A DNA stretch of 64,000 nucleotides from an uncultured Acidobacteriota bacterium (GCA_963697355.1 CAVONV010000035.1:252960-316959); one strand, 5' to 3'. Shown: positions 51,600-61,947, numbered from the stretch's first letter. Numbers and translations are program-made. Notes: a model not told the origin generated them from the sequence alone.

Positions 51600-52019
51600 A
51601 TGGCAGACCTCAAAGGAACCAAAACTCACGATAACCTCAAGGCGGCGTTCGCCGGCGAATCACAGGCCAACCGTCGCTATCTCTATTTCGCCAAAGTTGC
51701 CGATGTAGAAGGCTATCCTGAAATAGCCAGCAACTTTCGCGAGACCGCGGAAGGTGAGACGGGGCACGCCCACGGTCACCTCGACTACATCAAGCAAGTT
51801 GGCGACCCGGCAACCGGTTTGCCGCTCGGCGAGACAGATGCCAACCTCAAAGCCGCCGTAGCCGGTGAGACTCACGAGTACACGGATATGTACCCCGGGA
51901 TGGCCAAGACCGCCCGCGAAGAAGGATTCAACGAGATCGCCGATTGGTTCGAGACTCTCGCCAAGGCAGAGAAGTCCCACGCCGGCCGCTTTCAGAAGAT
52001 GCTCGACAGCCTGAGCTAA
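51600..52019 (+). CDS. rubrerythrin-family diiron protein (erythrin domain only, no rubredoxin domain)
   Basis: 139 aa. Two E-x-x-H diiron motifs (ETGHAHGH..., ETHEY). Strong AAGGAGAGAGAAAAAATG ribosome-binding site. Confidence 0.9.
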   Translation: MADLKGTKTHDNLKAAFAGESQANRRYLYFAKVADVEGYPEIASNFRETAEGETGHAHGHLDYIKQVGDPATGLPLGETDANLKAAVAGETHEYTDMYPGMAKTAREEGFNEIADWFETLAKAEKSHAGRFQKMLDSLS

Positions 52020-52099
52020 GTTCTTTTTCATTCCTCGCGCGAGTCGAGGTCGAGCACCTCGGCTCGCTCGTGTTTTTGTTCCTATCGGGAGAACCAAAC

Positions 52100-53476
52100 A
52101 TGACTGAAGAAAACAAATCGGTCTCCTACATGCCCACCGACGGGTTGAGCTACGATCCGGAGGACGATCGGTACTGGAACAACGACGCTCTCACCAAAGA
52201 AGTCACGCGCGCATTCGAGATCTGTCACGGATGTCGAATGTGCTTCAAATATTGTGACAGCTTCCCCATCCTTTTCGACCTCTTGGACAAAAAGTACGAC
52301 GGTGATGTTCGTAGCATCAGACCCGAGGAGACGGAGCAGGTGATGGATGCTTGTTTTCAATGCAAGCTCTGTGAAGTCCAGTGCCCCTACACGCCCCGTG
52401 ACAATCATGAGTTTCAACTCGATTTTCCTCGACTCGTTCACCGATACAACGCGGTGAAGGTACGTCGTGAAGGCACCAAGTTGAGCGATCGACTTCTCGG
52501 CGATCCCGACGGTGCCGCAAAGATGGCGAGGGCAAGCCTCGGTCTTGCCAATACGATGAACCGCGTGAGCGCCCATCGCTGGTTCATGGAGAAGTTCATG
52601 GGCGTTCATAGAGAGAAGCTTCTCCCGGATTTTGCCGGCTCGACGTTCGAGCGTTGGGCCGACGCGAATGGGCACATCAGTGACCAACCGGGTGATGAGC
52701 CACCCGAGGTGGTTCTTTTTCAGACCTGTTACGTGCAGCACAACGAGCCTCAAATCGGCAAGGACACCATAGAGGTCATGGAAAAGAACCAGGTACGAGT
52801 GACTTGTGTCAAAGGCCTTCAATGTTGTGGCATGCCCGCTTGGGAATATGGTGACCTCGAGAAACTGAGACGACAGGCGACTCACAATCTCGGCATTCTC
52901 ATGCCCTTCGTAGAGGCCGGATCGAAGGTACTGGTTATCAATCCGACATGCGCGATGATGATGCGTCGGGAGTATCCCGAGCTGTTACCCAAATCGCAAA
53001 GAGGTGAAGCGCGCAAACTCGCGGAAGCGATTCAAGATCCATCCGAGTACCTTTGGTCCATCCGACAAGAGGGCCGTTTCAACACGCGGTTCTTGAGCAC
53101 TCCGGGTGGATCGGTCGCCTATCATGCACCTTGTCACTTGAGAGCCCAGGCCATCGGTTTCAAAGGCCGGGACCTCCTTCGTAAATTGCCTGGGGTGAAG
53201 CCCAAGCTGGTCATGGAGTGTTGCGGTCACGATGGAACTCACGCCATGAAGGTGGACGGGTTCGAGTACTCCAAGCGCGTAGGCGAGAAAGCCTTCACCG
53301 GCATGAAAACGGCAGAGGCCGAGATTTGGGCCACCGATTGCCCCCTCGCCGCACTGCAGTTTCAGCAACACGCCGGCGTGAAGCCCATGCACCCCATGTC
53401 GATTCTCGCCCGCGCTTATCAGAAAGGTGGTTTTGCCACCGCCGTCGATGACGAGCCTCGACCGGAGAGAGAGTAA
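52100..53476 (+). CDS. HdrD/GlpC/LutA-like (Fe-S)-binding protein: two 4Fe-4S ferredoxin motifs + two CCG cysteine-rich domains
   Basis: Start at MTEENK with a GGGAGA ribosome-binding site. CHGCRMCFKYCDSFP and CFQCKLCEVQCPY (CxxCxxCxxxCP). CCG domains ...LQCCGMPAW... and ...MECCGHDGTH.... Confidence 0.8.
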   Translation: MTEENKSVSYMPTDGLSYDPEDDRYWNNDALTKEVTRAFEICHGCRMCFKYCDSFPILFDLLDKKYDGDVRSIRPEETEQVMDACFQCKLCEVQCPYTPRDNHEFQLDFPRLVHRYNAVKVRREGTKLSDRLLGDPDGAAKMARASLGLANTMNRVSAHRWFMEKFMGVHREKLLPDFAGSTFERWADANGHISDQPGDEPPEVVLFQTCYVQHNEPQIGKDTIEVMEKNQVRVTCVKGLQCCGMPAWEYGDLEKLRRQATHNLGILMPFVEAGSKVLVINPTCAMMMRREYPELLPKSQRGEARKLAEAIQDPSEYLWSIRQEGRFNTRFLSTPGGSVAYHAPCHLRAQAIGFKGRDLLRKLPGVKPKLVMECCGHDGTHAMKVDGFEYSKRVGEKAFTGMKTAEAEIWATDCPLAALQFQQHAGVKPMHPMSILARAYQKGGFATAVDDEPRPERE

Positions 53477-54030
53477 TGAAACCAGTCGAACGTCGAGAGA
53501 TCCTCGACTATGTGACTTACCAAGAGCAGCGCGATCCTATCCGCACTGCTGTCTTGCAGCAAAAAGAGATTCGTCGTGTACACGTCGGGGAGTATTTGAC
53601 GCTCTTGTTCGAGAACCACGACACCGTTCTGTACCAAATACAAGAAATGATGCGGGTCGAGGAGATCGTCAAAGAAGCGGATATCGTCCACGAAATGGAA
53701 ACTTACAACGAGTTGCTCGGACGCGCGGGAGAGCTCGGGGCGACCCTTCTCATCGAGATCGATGACCCTGGCGAGCGTGACGTCTTGCTCCAGAAATGGT
53801 TGGATCTTCCGCGACACATCTACGCCAAGCTCGAAAGTGGGGAAAAGGTCTACGCCCAGTTCGACAACAGGCAGGTCGGCGACACTCGCCTCTCTTCCGT
53901 TCAGTATATCAAGTTCGATACCAACGGAACGACACCCGCCGCCCTGGGTGTCGACCACCCAGCTCTCACCGAAGAAACCGAACTGACCGAAGCCCAAAGA
54001 GAGGCTCTAGCTTCGGATTTGAAAGAATGA
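53476..54030 (+). CDS. DUF3501-like hypothetical protein, translationally coupled to the CCG Fe-S protein
   Basis: 184 aa. TAATG stop/start overlap with the upstream gene. The family name is recalled, not verified. Confidence 0.55.
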   Translation: MKPVERREILDYVTYQEQRDPIRTAVLQQKEIRRVHVGEYLTLLFENHDTVLYQIQEMMRVEEIVKEADIVHEMETYNELLGRAGELGATLLIEIDDPGERDVLLQKWLDLPRHIYAKLESGEKVYAQFDNRQVGDTRLSSVQYIKFDTNGTTPAALGVDHPALTEETELTEAQREALASDLKE

Positions 54031-54195
54031 CGAAAGATCTTGATCTTGTAGCATGACTTGACTGCTCGACCTGCCCGGTCCGCCTAAGCCGGTGCTACGG
54101 CGGACCGCCGGAGCTATTATGCAATTACGCTAGCGAAGGCGGGCCGGGCCTACGACTGCTTGACTGCTAACGATGTAACACTAAAGGAGGAAAGA

Positions 54196-54696
54196 ATGGC
54201 TCAGATAACACTAGGTGGCAATCCAATCAATACGGGTGGAAACTTGCCGGCAACAGGCTCCAAAGCGCCCGACTTTGTTCTAACGACTACCGCTCTCGCC
54301 GATGTTTCGTTGAAGGATTATTCAGGGAAGAAGGTCATCCTCAACATTTTCCCGAGCCTCGACACGGACGTTTGCGCCGCATCTGTCAGAAGGTTCAACG
54401 CCGAAGCGAACAAGCTCGAGAACACGGCGGTCCTTTGCGTGTCGGCCGATCTTCCCTTTGCTATGAAGCGCTTTTGCGGAGCGGAAGGGCTGGACAACGT
54501 GGTCGCCTTGTCCGCGATGAGGAACCGGGATTTCGGGAAGGACTACGGTATCAGTATCGTCGATGGGCCACTCGCAGGAGTTTTTGGGCGGGCCATCGTA
54601 GCCTTGGACGAGAACGGTAACGTGACCTACACCGAGCTAGTCCCGGAGATCAAACAAGAACCCAACTACGACGAAGCCCTCGCCGCCGTGAAGTAA
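54196..54696 (+). CDS. tpx: thiol peroxidase (atypical 2-Cys peroxiredoxin)
   Basis: Start MAQITLGG with an AAAGGAGGAAAGAATG ribosome-binding site. KAPDF...[17 protein letters not shown] with peroxidatic Cys and second Cys in ...[10 protein letters not shown].... Confidence 0.9.
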   Translation: MAQITLGGNPINTGGNLPATGSKAPDFVLTTTALADVSLKDYSGKKVILNIFPSLDTDVCAASVRRFNAEANKLENTAVLCVSADLPFAMKRFCGAEGLDNVVALSAMRNRDFGKDYGISIVDGPLAGVFGRAIVALDENGNVTYTELVPEIKQEPNYDEALAAVK

Positions 54697-54711
54697 GGAC
54701 GCCATCCAAGA

Positions 54712-54754
54712 ACAAAACGCCCTTTCCTTCGAAAGAGGAAAGGGCGTTGTTTTG
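54712..54754. terminator. bidirectional rho-independent terminator between tpx and the convergent CBS gene
   Basis: AAAACGCCCTTTCC-tttcgaaagag-GGAAAGGGCGTT followed by TTTTGT. An A-run precedes on the other strand. Confidence 0.7.
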
Positions 54755-54790
54755 TGCGCCAGCAAAAAAGGGGACAGGTCCTTTTTTGCT

Positions 54791-55228
54791 TCAACCTCCG
54801 GGACCGTCGGCACTCACGTAGGAATCGAGTGCTTCCAGCTCGTGCGACAGGTCCTCCACCATTCGATGAAGGAGATGCCTCACGGAAAGCATGCCTAGGA
54901 CTTTGCCTCGGTCATCGACAATGGGCAGATGGCGAAAGTGATGGGAGTCCATGATCGACAAGGCCTCGCTAGGATTTGTATCTCGGTGTGCGACCTCGAC
55001 TTGAGAGCTCATCACCTCGCCTACTTTGGTCGTATCGCAAGGTAGACATTTCGCAGCCATCCGCTCCAGGACATCACGTTCGGTGAAAATGCCCTCGATC
55101 TCTTCTTCCGCGTCGACGATGATCACCGCGCCAACGCCGACCTCGACCATTTTCGCCACGGCATCTTGCACACTCGTATCCGCCGACACGGTGGGTGCCG
55201 GGACACGAGCAATCTTGAGTAGGGTCAT
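54791..55228 (-). CDS. CBS domain pair protein
   Basis: 145 aa. Two CBS motifs (VQDAVAKMVEVGVGAVIIVD...; ...ALSIMDSHHFRHLPIVDDRGKVLGMLS). Confidence 0.8.
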   Translation of the reverse strand: MTLLKIARVPAPTVSADTSVQDAVAKMVEVGVGAVIIVDAEEEIEGIFTERDVLERMAAKCLPCDTTKVGEVMSSQVEVAHRDTNPSEALSIMDSHHFRHLPIVDDRGKVLGMLSVRHLLHRMVEDLSHELEALDSYVSADGPGG

Positions 55229-55634
55229 TAGTTATCCTCCACGTCCAAGGTCGCAGAATATCAGAGGTCGCTCGGCGGGGCAAGATGTAGCCCGAACAAC
55301 AGAGGTGAGGCTTTTCACACAGTTCGGGGCTTTTCTTCCGTTTCCGCGGGCCTCATTTCCTTCCGCGAGAGATGTTTAGACTGACGGTCGGTTCGTAAGT
55401 ACCCATACAAAGTTCAGATTTCAGGATGTTGGGAGGACATTCCGACCCACCGTCTCGTTCACGAGCGTGGCATGCCACTTGCTAGCCCCTTCCTTGATGC
55501 GGAAGCGACGCTATTCGGTTCGTTTGCCGGTGACCCCAGGTGAAGCATTTGACCTATGTCACCATCGAGGTTTTCGCCCATGACCCACCTATCCCGAATC
55601 CCTTCTGTCCACTGAGTTGCCGGGAGAATCCACG

Positions 55635-56510
55635 ATGGAAGACATTAGAGTTCTTCTTGTTGACGATGAGCAGGAGCTCATCGATGTTCTCTCCGCCCGG
55701 CTAAGGACCAGGGGCTTCGATGTAGACACCGCTATGAGCGGCGACGAGGCCCTCCGCAAGCTGAAGGACAAAGACTTCGACGTCGTCATCTTGGACGTCT
55801 TCATGCCTGGCAAGGACGGGATTCAAACCTTGAAGGAGATGAAGGCGCTCAAACCCCTCACCGAGGTCATCATGCTCTCGGGAAACGCCACTCTGGAACT
55901 GGCTATAGAGGGAATGCAATATGGTGCCTTTGATTTCCTAGTCAAACCGGCCGACATGGGAGATCTCGTCGAGAAGCTCAACAAAGGCCTCGCACGCAAG
56001 GTTGAGCATTACGAGCGTATCCGCAAGGCTGGCTTCATAAAGGAGCAAATGCTCAGTCCCGCCGACGGGGCAGCCGCGGAGGTAACCGATGAGACACCTG
56101 GATTGCCGCAGGATCTACCGGCCGATACCGGACGACTCCTGGTGATAGGCAGGGAAAGTGATTTTTCACAGGAGCTCATCCAATATGCATTGGAAATATC
56201 CCATCGGATGTCTTATGCGATTCTCGCCATGAACGTCGCCGGTTTCAGCAACGAGTCCTTCATGCAGTTCCCCAAAGCGCGAGAAAGAGTTTGTCAAGAA
56301 TTCCAAGAGATTTCCGAGAAAAATGCTTCACTGTTCAGACGGGCCGCGCAAAAAAAGGCCATACCTTTCGCTCATATCGTCAAACTCAACGAACAGGACG
56401 AGGCGATAGACGAGGTGATCAAAGAAACAGGCTACATCGACTATGTGGTCTGCGAAGCCGATGAAGGACCGAATAAGGGAGAGATCGTGGCCTACTGCCC
56501 CATGCAGTAG
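55635..56510 (+). CDS. response regulator: REC domain + uncharacterised C-terminal (possibly USP-like alpha/beta) domain
   Basis: RVLLVDDE...DVVILDVFMPGKDG...LSGNATL...FLVKP are the receiver motifs, with phospho-Asp in ILDV. The C-terminal 170 aa have no DNA-binding motif. Confidence 0.8.
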   Translation: MEDIRVLLVDDEQELIDVLSARLRTRGFDVDTAMSGDEALRKLKDKDFDVVILDVFMPGKDGIQTLKEMKALKPLTEVIMLSGNATLELAIEGMQYGAFDFLVKPADMGDLVEKLNKGLARKVEHYERIRKAGFIKEQMLSPADGAAAEVTDETPGLPQDLPADTGRLLVIGRESDFSQELIQYALEISHRMSYAILAMNVAGFSNESFMQFPKARERVCQEFQEISEKNASLFRRAAQKKAIPFAHIVKLNEQDEAIDEVIKETGYIDYVVCEADEGPNKGEIVAYCPMQ

Positions 56511-56682
56511 GCAGCAGGTAGCCAATGGATGTCTATTTCTATTTGAAGTTGCTCTTGATCTTCTTTGTCTTCTTTCTTTGCTTCTGGTTTCGTAACGAGA
56601 ATCAAAAAAAGACGAAGGATTGAATGCCGGACCTGGACTGAACTGACTCTAAGCTCTCTACAACCTTCAAATACTGGAAGAT

Positions 56683-58500
56683 GTGATGACACCTGAAATG
56701 ATTCTGACCATGCTCGTCCTGGCGTTCGCCGTCTGGATGTTCGTCTCAGAATGGGTGCGCGTCGACGTCGTCGGCATCATTATGATGGTCATGCTTCCCC
56801 TCCTAGGATTGATCTCTCCGAGGGAAGCCTTCGTTGGCTTGAGCAGTAATGCCGTTGTTTCCATCATCGCCGTCATCATTATCGGCGCGGGGCTGGACAA
56901 GACAGGCGTCATGAATCAAGTGGCTCGCCCGATCATCCGACTTGCCGGTAAGAGTGAAGCCCGGATCATGGTGCTGATCTCGGCTACGGTCGGTGTCATC
57001 TCCAGCATGATGCAGAACATCGGGGCAGCGGCGTTATTCCTTCCTGCGGCGCTGCGTATTTCAAAGCGGGTCGGCGTGCCCGTCTCCCGAATTCTCATGC
57101 CCATGGGCTTCTGCGCCATTATCGGCGGCACCTTGACTCTGGTTGGCGCCAGTCCGACGATCCTCCTCAATGACTTGTTGGTGCTGGAAGGCCAACGACT
57201 CGAGCCTTTCGGGCTGTTCACTCAAACACCGATTGGCATCTGTCTCCTAACCTCCGCCCTCCTCTATTTTGCACTGTTTGGACGCTTCGTTCTGCCTGCA
57301 GGCGGGGGAGAGGCAGACAAGGGAGTCACCGCTTCTCTGTTGGAACAATATCGAGCCCTTGAAATAACCTGGGAGATCCACGTACCAGAGACCTACTCCG
57401 GCGACAAGACACTCGGCGAGCTCGCTCTTCAAAACAAGTTTCTCGTCACGATCGTCGCCATTCATCACGCAGCTCAAAGAAAGGAAAACCTGGTCCCACG
57501 GAGCACAGACATCGTAGCAGCCAATGACGACCTTGCTGTAGTGGGCAGAGAGCGCAATATCCGCGCACTCGCCAAAGAGCTCGGCTGGGAGCTCAAAGAG
57601 GGTTTGGATGCCTTCGCCGAGACTCTTTCGCGCACCAACGCCGGTATGGCGGAAACCATCGTGGGCCCCCGTTCTGAGGTCATCGGTAAGACTATGAGCG
57701 AGTCCAACCTCAAAGGTCGTTACCAGCTCAATCCCATTGCGCTCGTTCGCGCCAAAAAGGCCTTCTACAGCGGTCATACGCACATCCCCCTTCAAATGGG
57801 CGACGCTATTTTGATGCAGGGACTGTGGGAGAAATTCCACCGACTGAAGAACTTGCCCCAGCCCAGGGTACTAACGTTCTCATCGCCCTTGGAAGGCGAG
57901 ATCATGCGACCCCAGAAGGCCAAATTGGCCATCTTCTGGTTGGCGGTGGCCCTGGCCCAAATCATCTTTTTCAAAGTCACGCTTTCCGTGGCATTGATGT
58001 CCGGTGCCCTAGGCATGATCGTCACGGGTGTGCTTTCCATCGACGAGGCCTATCGAGCCGTCGACTGGATGACCGTCTTCTTACTGGCCGGCCTGATACC
58101 ATTGGGCGTCGCTTTCGAGAAAACCGGCACCGCAGCGTTCATCGCCACCGGTGTTCTGCAACTCATCGGCGAGGTCACACCCATTATTTTGCTGGCGGTG
58201 GTGGGGATCATGACATCGTTCTTCACATTGGTGATTTCCAATGTTGGGGCAACTGTTCTCTTGGTGCCTCTGTGCATGAACATGGCCGTAATGGCAGGCG
58301 CCGACCCGCGCATGGCAGCGCTCGTCGTTGGATTGTCCGCCTCCAACACATTCATCTTGCCGACACATCAAGTCAACGCACTCATCATGAGACCGGGGGG
58401 CTACCGAACGGTAGATTACACCAAAGCCGGTGCCATCATGACCGTGATATTCTTGGTGGTGGAGCTGACCGTGATTTACTTTTTTTATGGTGTGAGCTAG
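56683..58500 (+). CDS. SLC13/DASS-family anion permease with two central TrkA-C (RCK_C) domains
   Basis: 605 aa. N- and C-terminal polytopic halves. Central soluble insert with two TrkA-C-like beta-rich repeats (...NKFLVTIVAIHHAAQRKENLVPRSTDIVAANDDLAVVG...; ...GRYQLNPIALVRAKKAFYSGHTHIPLQMGDAILMQG...). Confidence 0.85.
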   Translation: MMTPEMILTMLVLAFAVWMFVSEWVRVDVVGIIMMVMLPLLGLISPREAFVGLSSNAVVSIIAVIIIGAGLDKTGVMNQVARPIIRLAGKSEARIMVLISATVGVISSMMQNIGAAALFLPAALRISKRVGVPVSRILMPMGFCAIIGGTLTLVGASPTILLNDLLVLEGQRLEPFGLFTQTPIGICLLTSALLYFALFGRFVLPAGGGEADKGVTASLLEQYRALEITWEIHVPETYSGDKTLGELALQNKFLVTIVAIHHAAQRKENLVPRSTDIVAANDDLAVVGRERNIRALAKELGWELKEGLDAFAETLSRTNAGMAETIVGPRSEVIGKTMSESNLKGRYQLNPIALVRAKKAFYSGHTHIPLQMGDAILMQGLWEKFHRLKNLPQPRVLTFSSPLEGEIMRPQKAKLAIFWLAVALAQIIFFKVTLSVALMSGALGMIVTGVLSIDEAYRAVDWMTVFLLAGLIPLGVAFEKTGTAAFIATGVLQLIGEVTPIILLAVVGIMTSFFTLVISNVGATVLLVPLCMNMAVMAGADPRMAALVVGLSASNTFILPTHQVNALIMRPGGYRTVDYTKAGAIMTVIFLVVELTVIYFFYGVS

Positions 58501-58559
58501 CTCCAAAGAGCCCCGCCGGTGGCTGGCGGGCCAATGCGATCACAAACAAGGAACTGAAA

Positions 58560-59795
58560 GTGCCTATCGTAACGTTATTCAGCGGAACCTATTGCCACGG
58601 CGAAGAAATCGTACCATCGCTTGCCGAGCAACTGGGATACGAACCCATCGCCAATGAGGTCATCGAAAAAACAGTCAAGAGTTTCGACATCTCAAAGGAA
58701 AACCTGCGTCGGACACTTTCCGGACCGCCTTTCTTCTGGAACAACTTCACCCATGAAAGGGAGAAGAACCTCGCCTGTTTGAAGGTTGTTCTTGCTGATC
58801 TCATCGAGGACGATGACAAGCTAATCGACGGTTTCCTGAGTCACCTCGTGCCCGCGGACATTTCGCACGCGCTCCGTGTTTGTATCGTCGCGAACTTTCC
58901 TTACCGCATCCAACAAGCGATGGAAAAGACGGGAGAATCCGAGAAAGAGGTGACGAAACTCCTCCACAAAGGTGACGAAGAGCGCCTGCAATGGACCCAA
59001 TTTCTCTTCGAAAAAGCTCCCTATGACGAGAGCCTCTACGATCTCGTCGTCCCCATGCAAGAGACGAATGTCGAAGAGGCCACCAAGCTTATCGTTGACA
59101 CCGCCGAGAGCGAGCCACTTCAGACCACTGCGCTTTCGAAACTTGCGGCTCGCGATTTTTCTCTTGCCGCGCGAGTGAACCTTGCTCTCATCAAAGCCAA
59201 TCACGACGTCGGCGTCATCGCCAGGCACGGCGAAGTGACCCTCTCCATCAATCGCCACGTCATGCGAATGAAGCAGTACCGGGATGAGCTGAAGAAAATA
59301 GCCTCGCAAGTCCCTGGTGTCAGCGATGTCAAAACCCAACTAGGTCCCAAATACCATGCACCCGCGATTAATCCCATGGCAAATGTAGCATTACCACCCA
59401 AGATCCTTCTCGTAGACGACGAAAAAGAATTCGTCCAGACCCTTTCAGAAAGACTCCAAACCCGTCAACTTCCCGCCTCGGTCGTCTACGACGGGCAGCA
59501 GGCTCTGGATTACCTGGAAACCAACGAACCCGATGTGATGGTGCTGGACCTGATGATGCCGGGGATAGGCGGGATCGATCTCCTACGGCGTCTCAAGCAG
59601 ACGCACCCCAACATCGAAGTGATCATATTGACCGGCCATGGTTCCGAGCACGAACAACAGTTGGCCGCGGACCTCGGTGCTTTTGCCTATTTGCAGAAAC
59701 CCGTCAACATCGAAGTCCTCGCCGAAGTCATGAGAGAAGCCTACAAGAAAGTCAACGAGGCCGCCGGCACAACTCAGAGAGACGATTCCGACTAG
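58560..59795 (+). CDS. cytidylate-kinase-like (Cytidylate_kin2-type) N-terminal domain + BON-like segment + C-terminal REC domain protein
   Basis: Putative GTG start at 58560 after a GGAACTGAAAG ribosome-binding site; the annotated ORF extends upstream into the transporter gene in another frame. N-terminus IVTLFSGTYCHGEEIVPSLAEQLGYEPI resembles the Cytidylate_kin2 start. C-terminal receiver is ILLVDDEKEF...DVMVLDLMMPG...ILTGHG...YLQKP. Confidence 0.65.
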   Translation: MPIVTLFSGTYCHGEEIVPSLAEQLGYEPIANEVIEKTVKSFDISKENLRRTLSGPPFFWNNFTHEREKNLACLKVVLADLIEDDDKLIDGFLSHLVPADISHALRVCIVANFPYRIQQAMEKTGESEKEVTKLLHKGDEERLQWTQFLFEKAPYDESLYDLVVPMQETNVEEATKLIVDTAESEPLQTTALSKLAARDFSLAARVNLALIKANHDVGVIARHGEVTLSINRHVMRMKQYRDELKKIASQVPGVSDVKTQLGPKYHAPAINPMANVALPPKILLVDDEKEFVQTLSERLQTRQLPASVVYDGQQALDYLETNEPDVMVLDLMMPGIGGIDLLRRLKQTHPNIEVIILTGHGSEHEQQLAADLGAFAYLQKPVNIEVLAEVMREAYKKVNEAAGTTQRDDSD

Positions 59796-59799
59796 ACGG

Positions 59800-61560
59800 A
59801 TGAAGGAAGAAAAAGCCGTTTCTCGATGGCACATTTCTGAAGAAGGTTTGAGGAAAGAGGTGCCGATAGGAGACCTCGAAATCAAACCACCCGTTCGGGT
59901 GGAAGAAACCGATTCCTCCTCGTCTCGCTACCGTGGCCTTTGGCGCCTGTCCGTCGTCGTCACGTCCCTCGTCGCCATTTTGCCCCTCGTCATCATGACG
60001 GCGGTCAACTTTCTGCACGACCGCGAGGCCAATCGCACGGAGAGCCTCCTCGCCGTCAGTCGGATCCTGACTTCGACCACACGCAGTTTGGAGTTCGCGC
60101 TCGAGGAACGGCGCAATGCACTCTCACTGATATTGAGCGAAAGCACCTACGAGGAGCTTGCCGATGAGCTTGGGCCCACGCTCGAGCACCTCCAGGCAGC
60201 CTTTGGGGGATTCGTCGATCTCGGTTTGATCCAATCCAACGGCAACCAAACCACTTATGTCGGGCCGTACGACCTCAAAGCGAAGAACTACCAGGGCCAA
60301 GACTGGTTTCACGAGGTCCTTCTTCGGGGCGTCTACATTAGTGATGTGTTCATGGGCTACAGGAACTTCCCACATTTCGTCATCGCTATCCGAGATCAGA
60401 AAGAAAACGGAGATTTCTATATCCTTCGAGCGACCATCGACATGGAGCTCATCACGAGCCGCATCAACACCCTGGATATGGATGTCGACACCGACGCGTT
60501 CATCATCAATCATCACGACACGCTCCAGACCGCGTCGAAGTTTTACGGCAATATTCTCCAGAAGGTCGAGGTCACCGTCCCTCCTTCGACGCACAATCCC
60601 GAAGACATCGAAGAGCATTGGGAAGACGGTACTTGGGTCATGCAAGGGACGGCCTACATCGATGGCACTCCTTTTATCGTGATGGCCATCAAGCGGCAGA
60701 CCAGCCCGTTCCGGGCTTGGCTTCGCAAAGACTCCACGATCATTTGGTTCCTCGTCGCAAGCATCGCGTTGATCATCACCGTGGTATTGATTTCTTCCAA
60801 TCGGATGGTCGCGAGTTTGAGAGAAGCCGACGCGCGCCGTACCAAAGCACTGCACGACCTCGAGTACACGAACAAGCTGGCCACCATCGGACGGATGGCG
60901 GCAAGCGTCGCTCATGAGATCAACAACCCTTTGGCCATCATCAATGAAGACGCGGGTCTTCTAAACGACATGGCGACCTTTACGGAGAACTATCCCCAGA
61001 AGGAAAAGACATTGAGTCTCGTCGCCTCCATCCACAAGTCCGTGGATAGGTGCAGCAACGTGACCCATCGACTCCTGGGTTTTGCCAAGCGAATGGACGT
61101 GCACAAAGAGCCCATTGCGCTCGACAAACTACTGGAAGAAGTCGTCGGCTTCCAGAGAACCGAGATAGTGCATCGAAGCATCAAGATCGAGTATCATTTT
61201 CCAGAGGTCGCACCACCGATCGAGAGCGACCGAGGAAAGCTCCAACAAGTCTTTCTCAACATCATCGGCAACGCCTTGGCAGCGGTCGAAGACGGTGGCC
61301 TGATCGAGATACGTCTGGTGCATATCGATGTCCAACACCTAGCGGTGGTCATTACCGACAACGGCACGGGCATCTCCGAGGCCGATCTAAAGAACATCTT
61401 CGAGCCCTTTTACTCGACAAAGGGAGAGTTCGGTACCGGCTTGGGGTTGTCCATTACGCGAGATATCGTCAACAAGCTAGGTGGTACCATAGACGTCCAT
61501 AGCAAATTGGGTAGAGGAACGAGCTTCATCGTTACCCTTCCCATTAAGACGAATGTCTAA
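59800..61560 (+). CDS. sensor histidine kinase with periplasmic Cache-like domain (TM-sensor-TM-HisKA-HATPase_c)
   Basis: Two TM helices (LSVVVTSLVAILPLVIMTAV; IIWFLVASIALIITVVLI) flank a ~260-aa extracytoplasmic domain. H-box SVAHEINNPL. N-box QVFLNIIGNA. G-boxes DNGTGI and GTGLGLS. Confidence 0.85.
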   Translation: MKEEKAVSRWHISEEGLRKEVPIGDLEIKPPVRVEETDSSSSRYRGLWRLSVVVTSLVAILPLVIMTAVNFLHDREANRTESLLAVSRILTSTTRSLEFALEERRNALSLILSESTYEELADELGPTLEHLQAAFGGFVDLGLIQSNGNQTTYVGPYDLKAKNYQGQDWFHEVLLRGVYISDVFMGYRNFPHFVIAIRDQKENGDFYILRATIDMELITSRINTLDMDVDTDAFIINHHDTLQTASKFYGNILQKVEVTVPPSTHNPEDIEEHWEDGTWVMQGTAYIDGTPFIVMAIKRQTSPFRAWLRKDSTIIWFLVASIALIITVVLISSNRMVASLREADARRTKALHDLEYTNKLATIGRMAASVAHEINNPLAIINEDAGLLNDMATFTENYPQKEKTLSLVASIHKSVDRCSNVTHRLLGFAKRMDVHKEPIALDKLLEEVVGFQRTEIVHRSIKIEYHFPEVAPPIESDRGKLQQVFLNIIGNALAAVEDGGLIEIRLVHIDVQHLAVVITDNGTGISEADLKNIFEPFYSTKGEFGTGLGLSITRDIVNKLGGTIDVHSKLGRGTSFIVTLPIKTNV

Positions 61561-61572
61561 AGGAGCGAACGG

Positions 61573-61947
61573 GTGGGCGTGAGCGAGTTGCGAGTTCTAC
61601 TCGTTGACGACGAGGAAGAGTTGGTCTCCGCGTTGGTCGAACGACTCGGCTACCGTGGTATCGAGGCCAAGTATGCCCTGAACGGTCCGCAAGCCATTGA
61701 AATGGTTCAAGGGGAGAGCTTCGACGTCGTCGTTCTCGACATCAAACTGCCGGGGATGAGTGGGGTGGAAGTTCACAATGTCTTGAGGAACAGCTACCCT
61801 GATCTTCCCGTCGTTTTGATCACGGGCCATGGTGCCCCAGCTGAACAAATCCAAGAAAAGCCGGGCGAGCACTACGATTTCCTCGAAAAGCCCATAGGTC
61901 TGGCCGTCCTCATCGACAAGATCAGGGAGGTCGCTCGGAAGCCGTGA
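61573..61947 (+). CDS. single-domain response regulator (CheY-like REC)
   Basis: 124 aa. RVLLVDDEEE...DVVVLDIKLPG...ITGHG...FLEKP. Confidence 0.85.
   Translation: MGVSELRVLLVDDEEELVSALVERLGYRGIEAKYALNGPQAIEMVQGESFDVVVLDIKLPGMSGVEVHNVLRNSYPDLPVVLITGHGAPAEQIQEKPGEHYDFLEKPIGLAVLIDKIREVARKP

Noticed and set aside
57825-58559. Upstream 245-aa extension of the REC-domain ORF 57825-59795
   Set aside because: It lies entirely inside the SLC13 transporter gene in another frame and is Arg/His-rich junk. The GTG at 58560 with an upstream purine-rich ribosome-binding site fits the operon spacing better.
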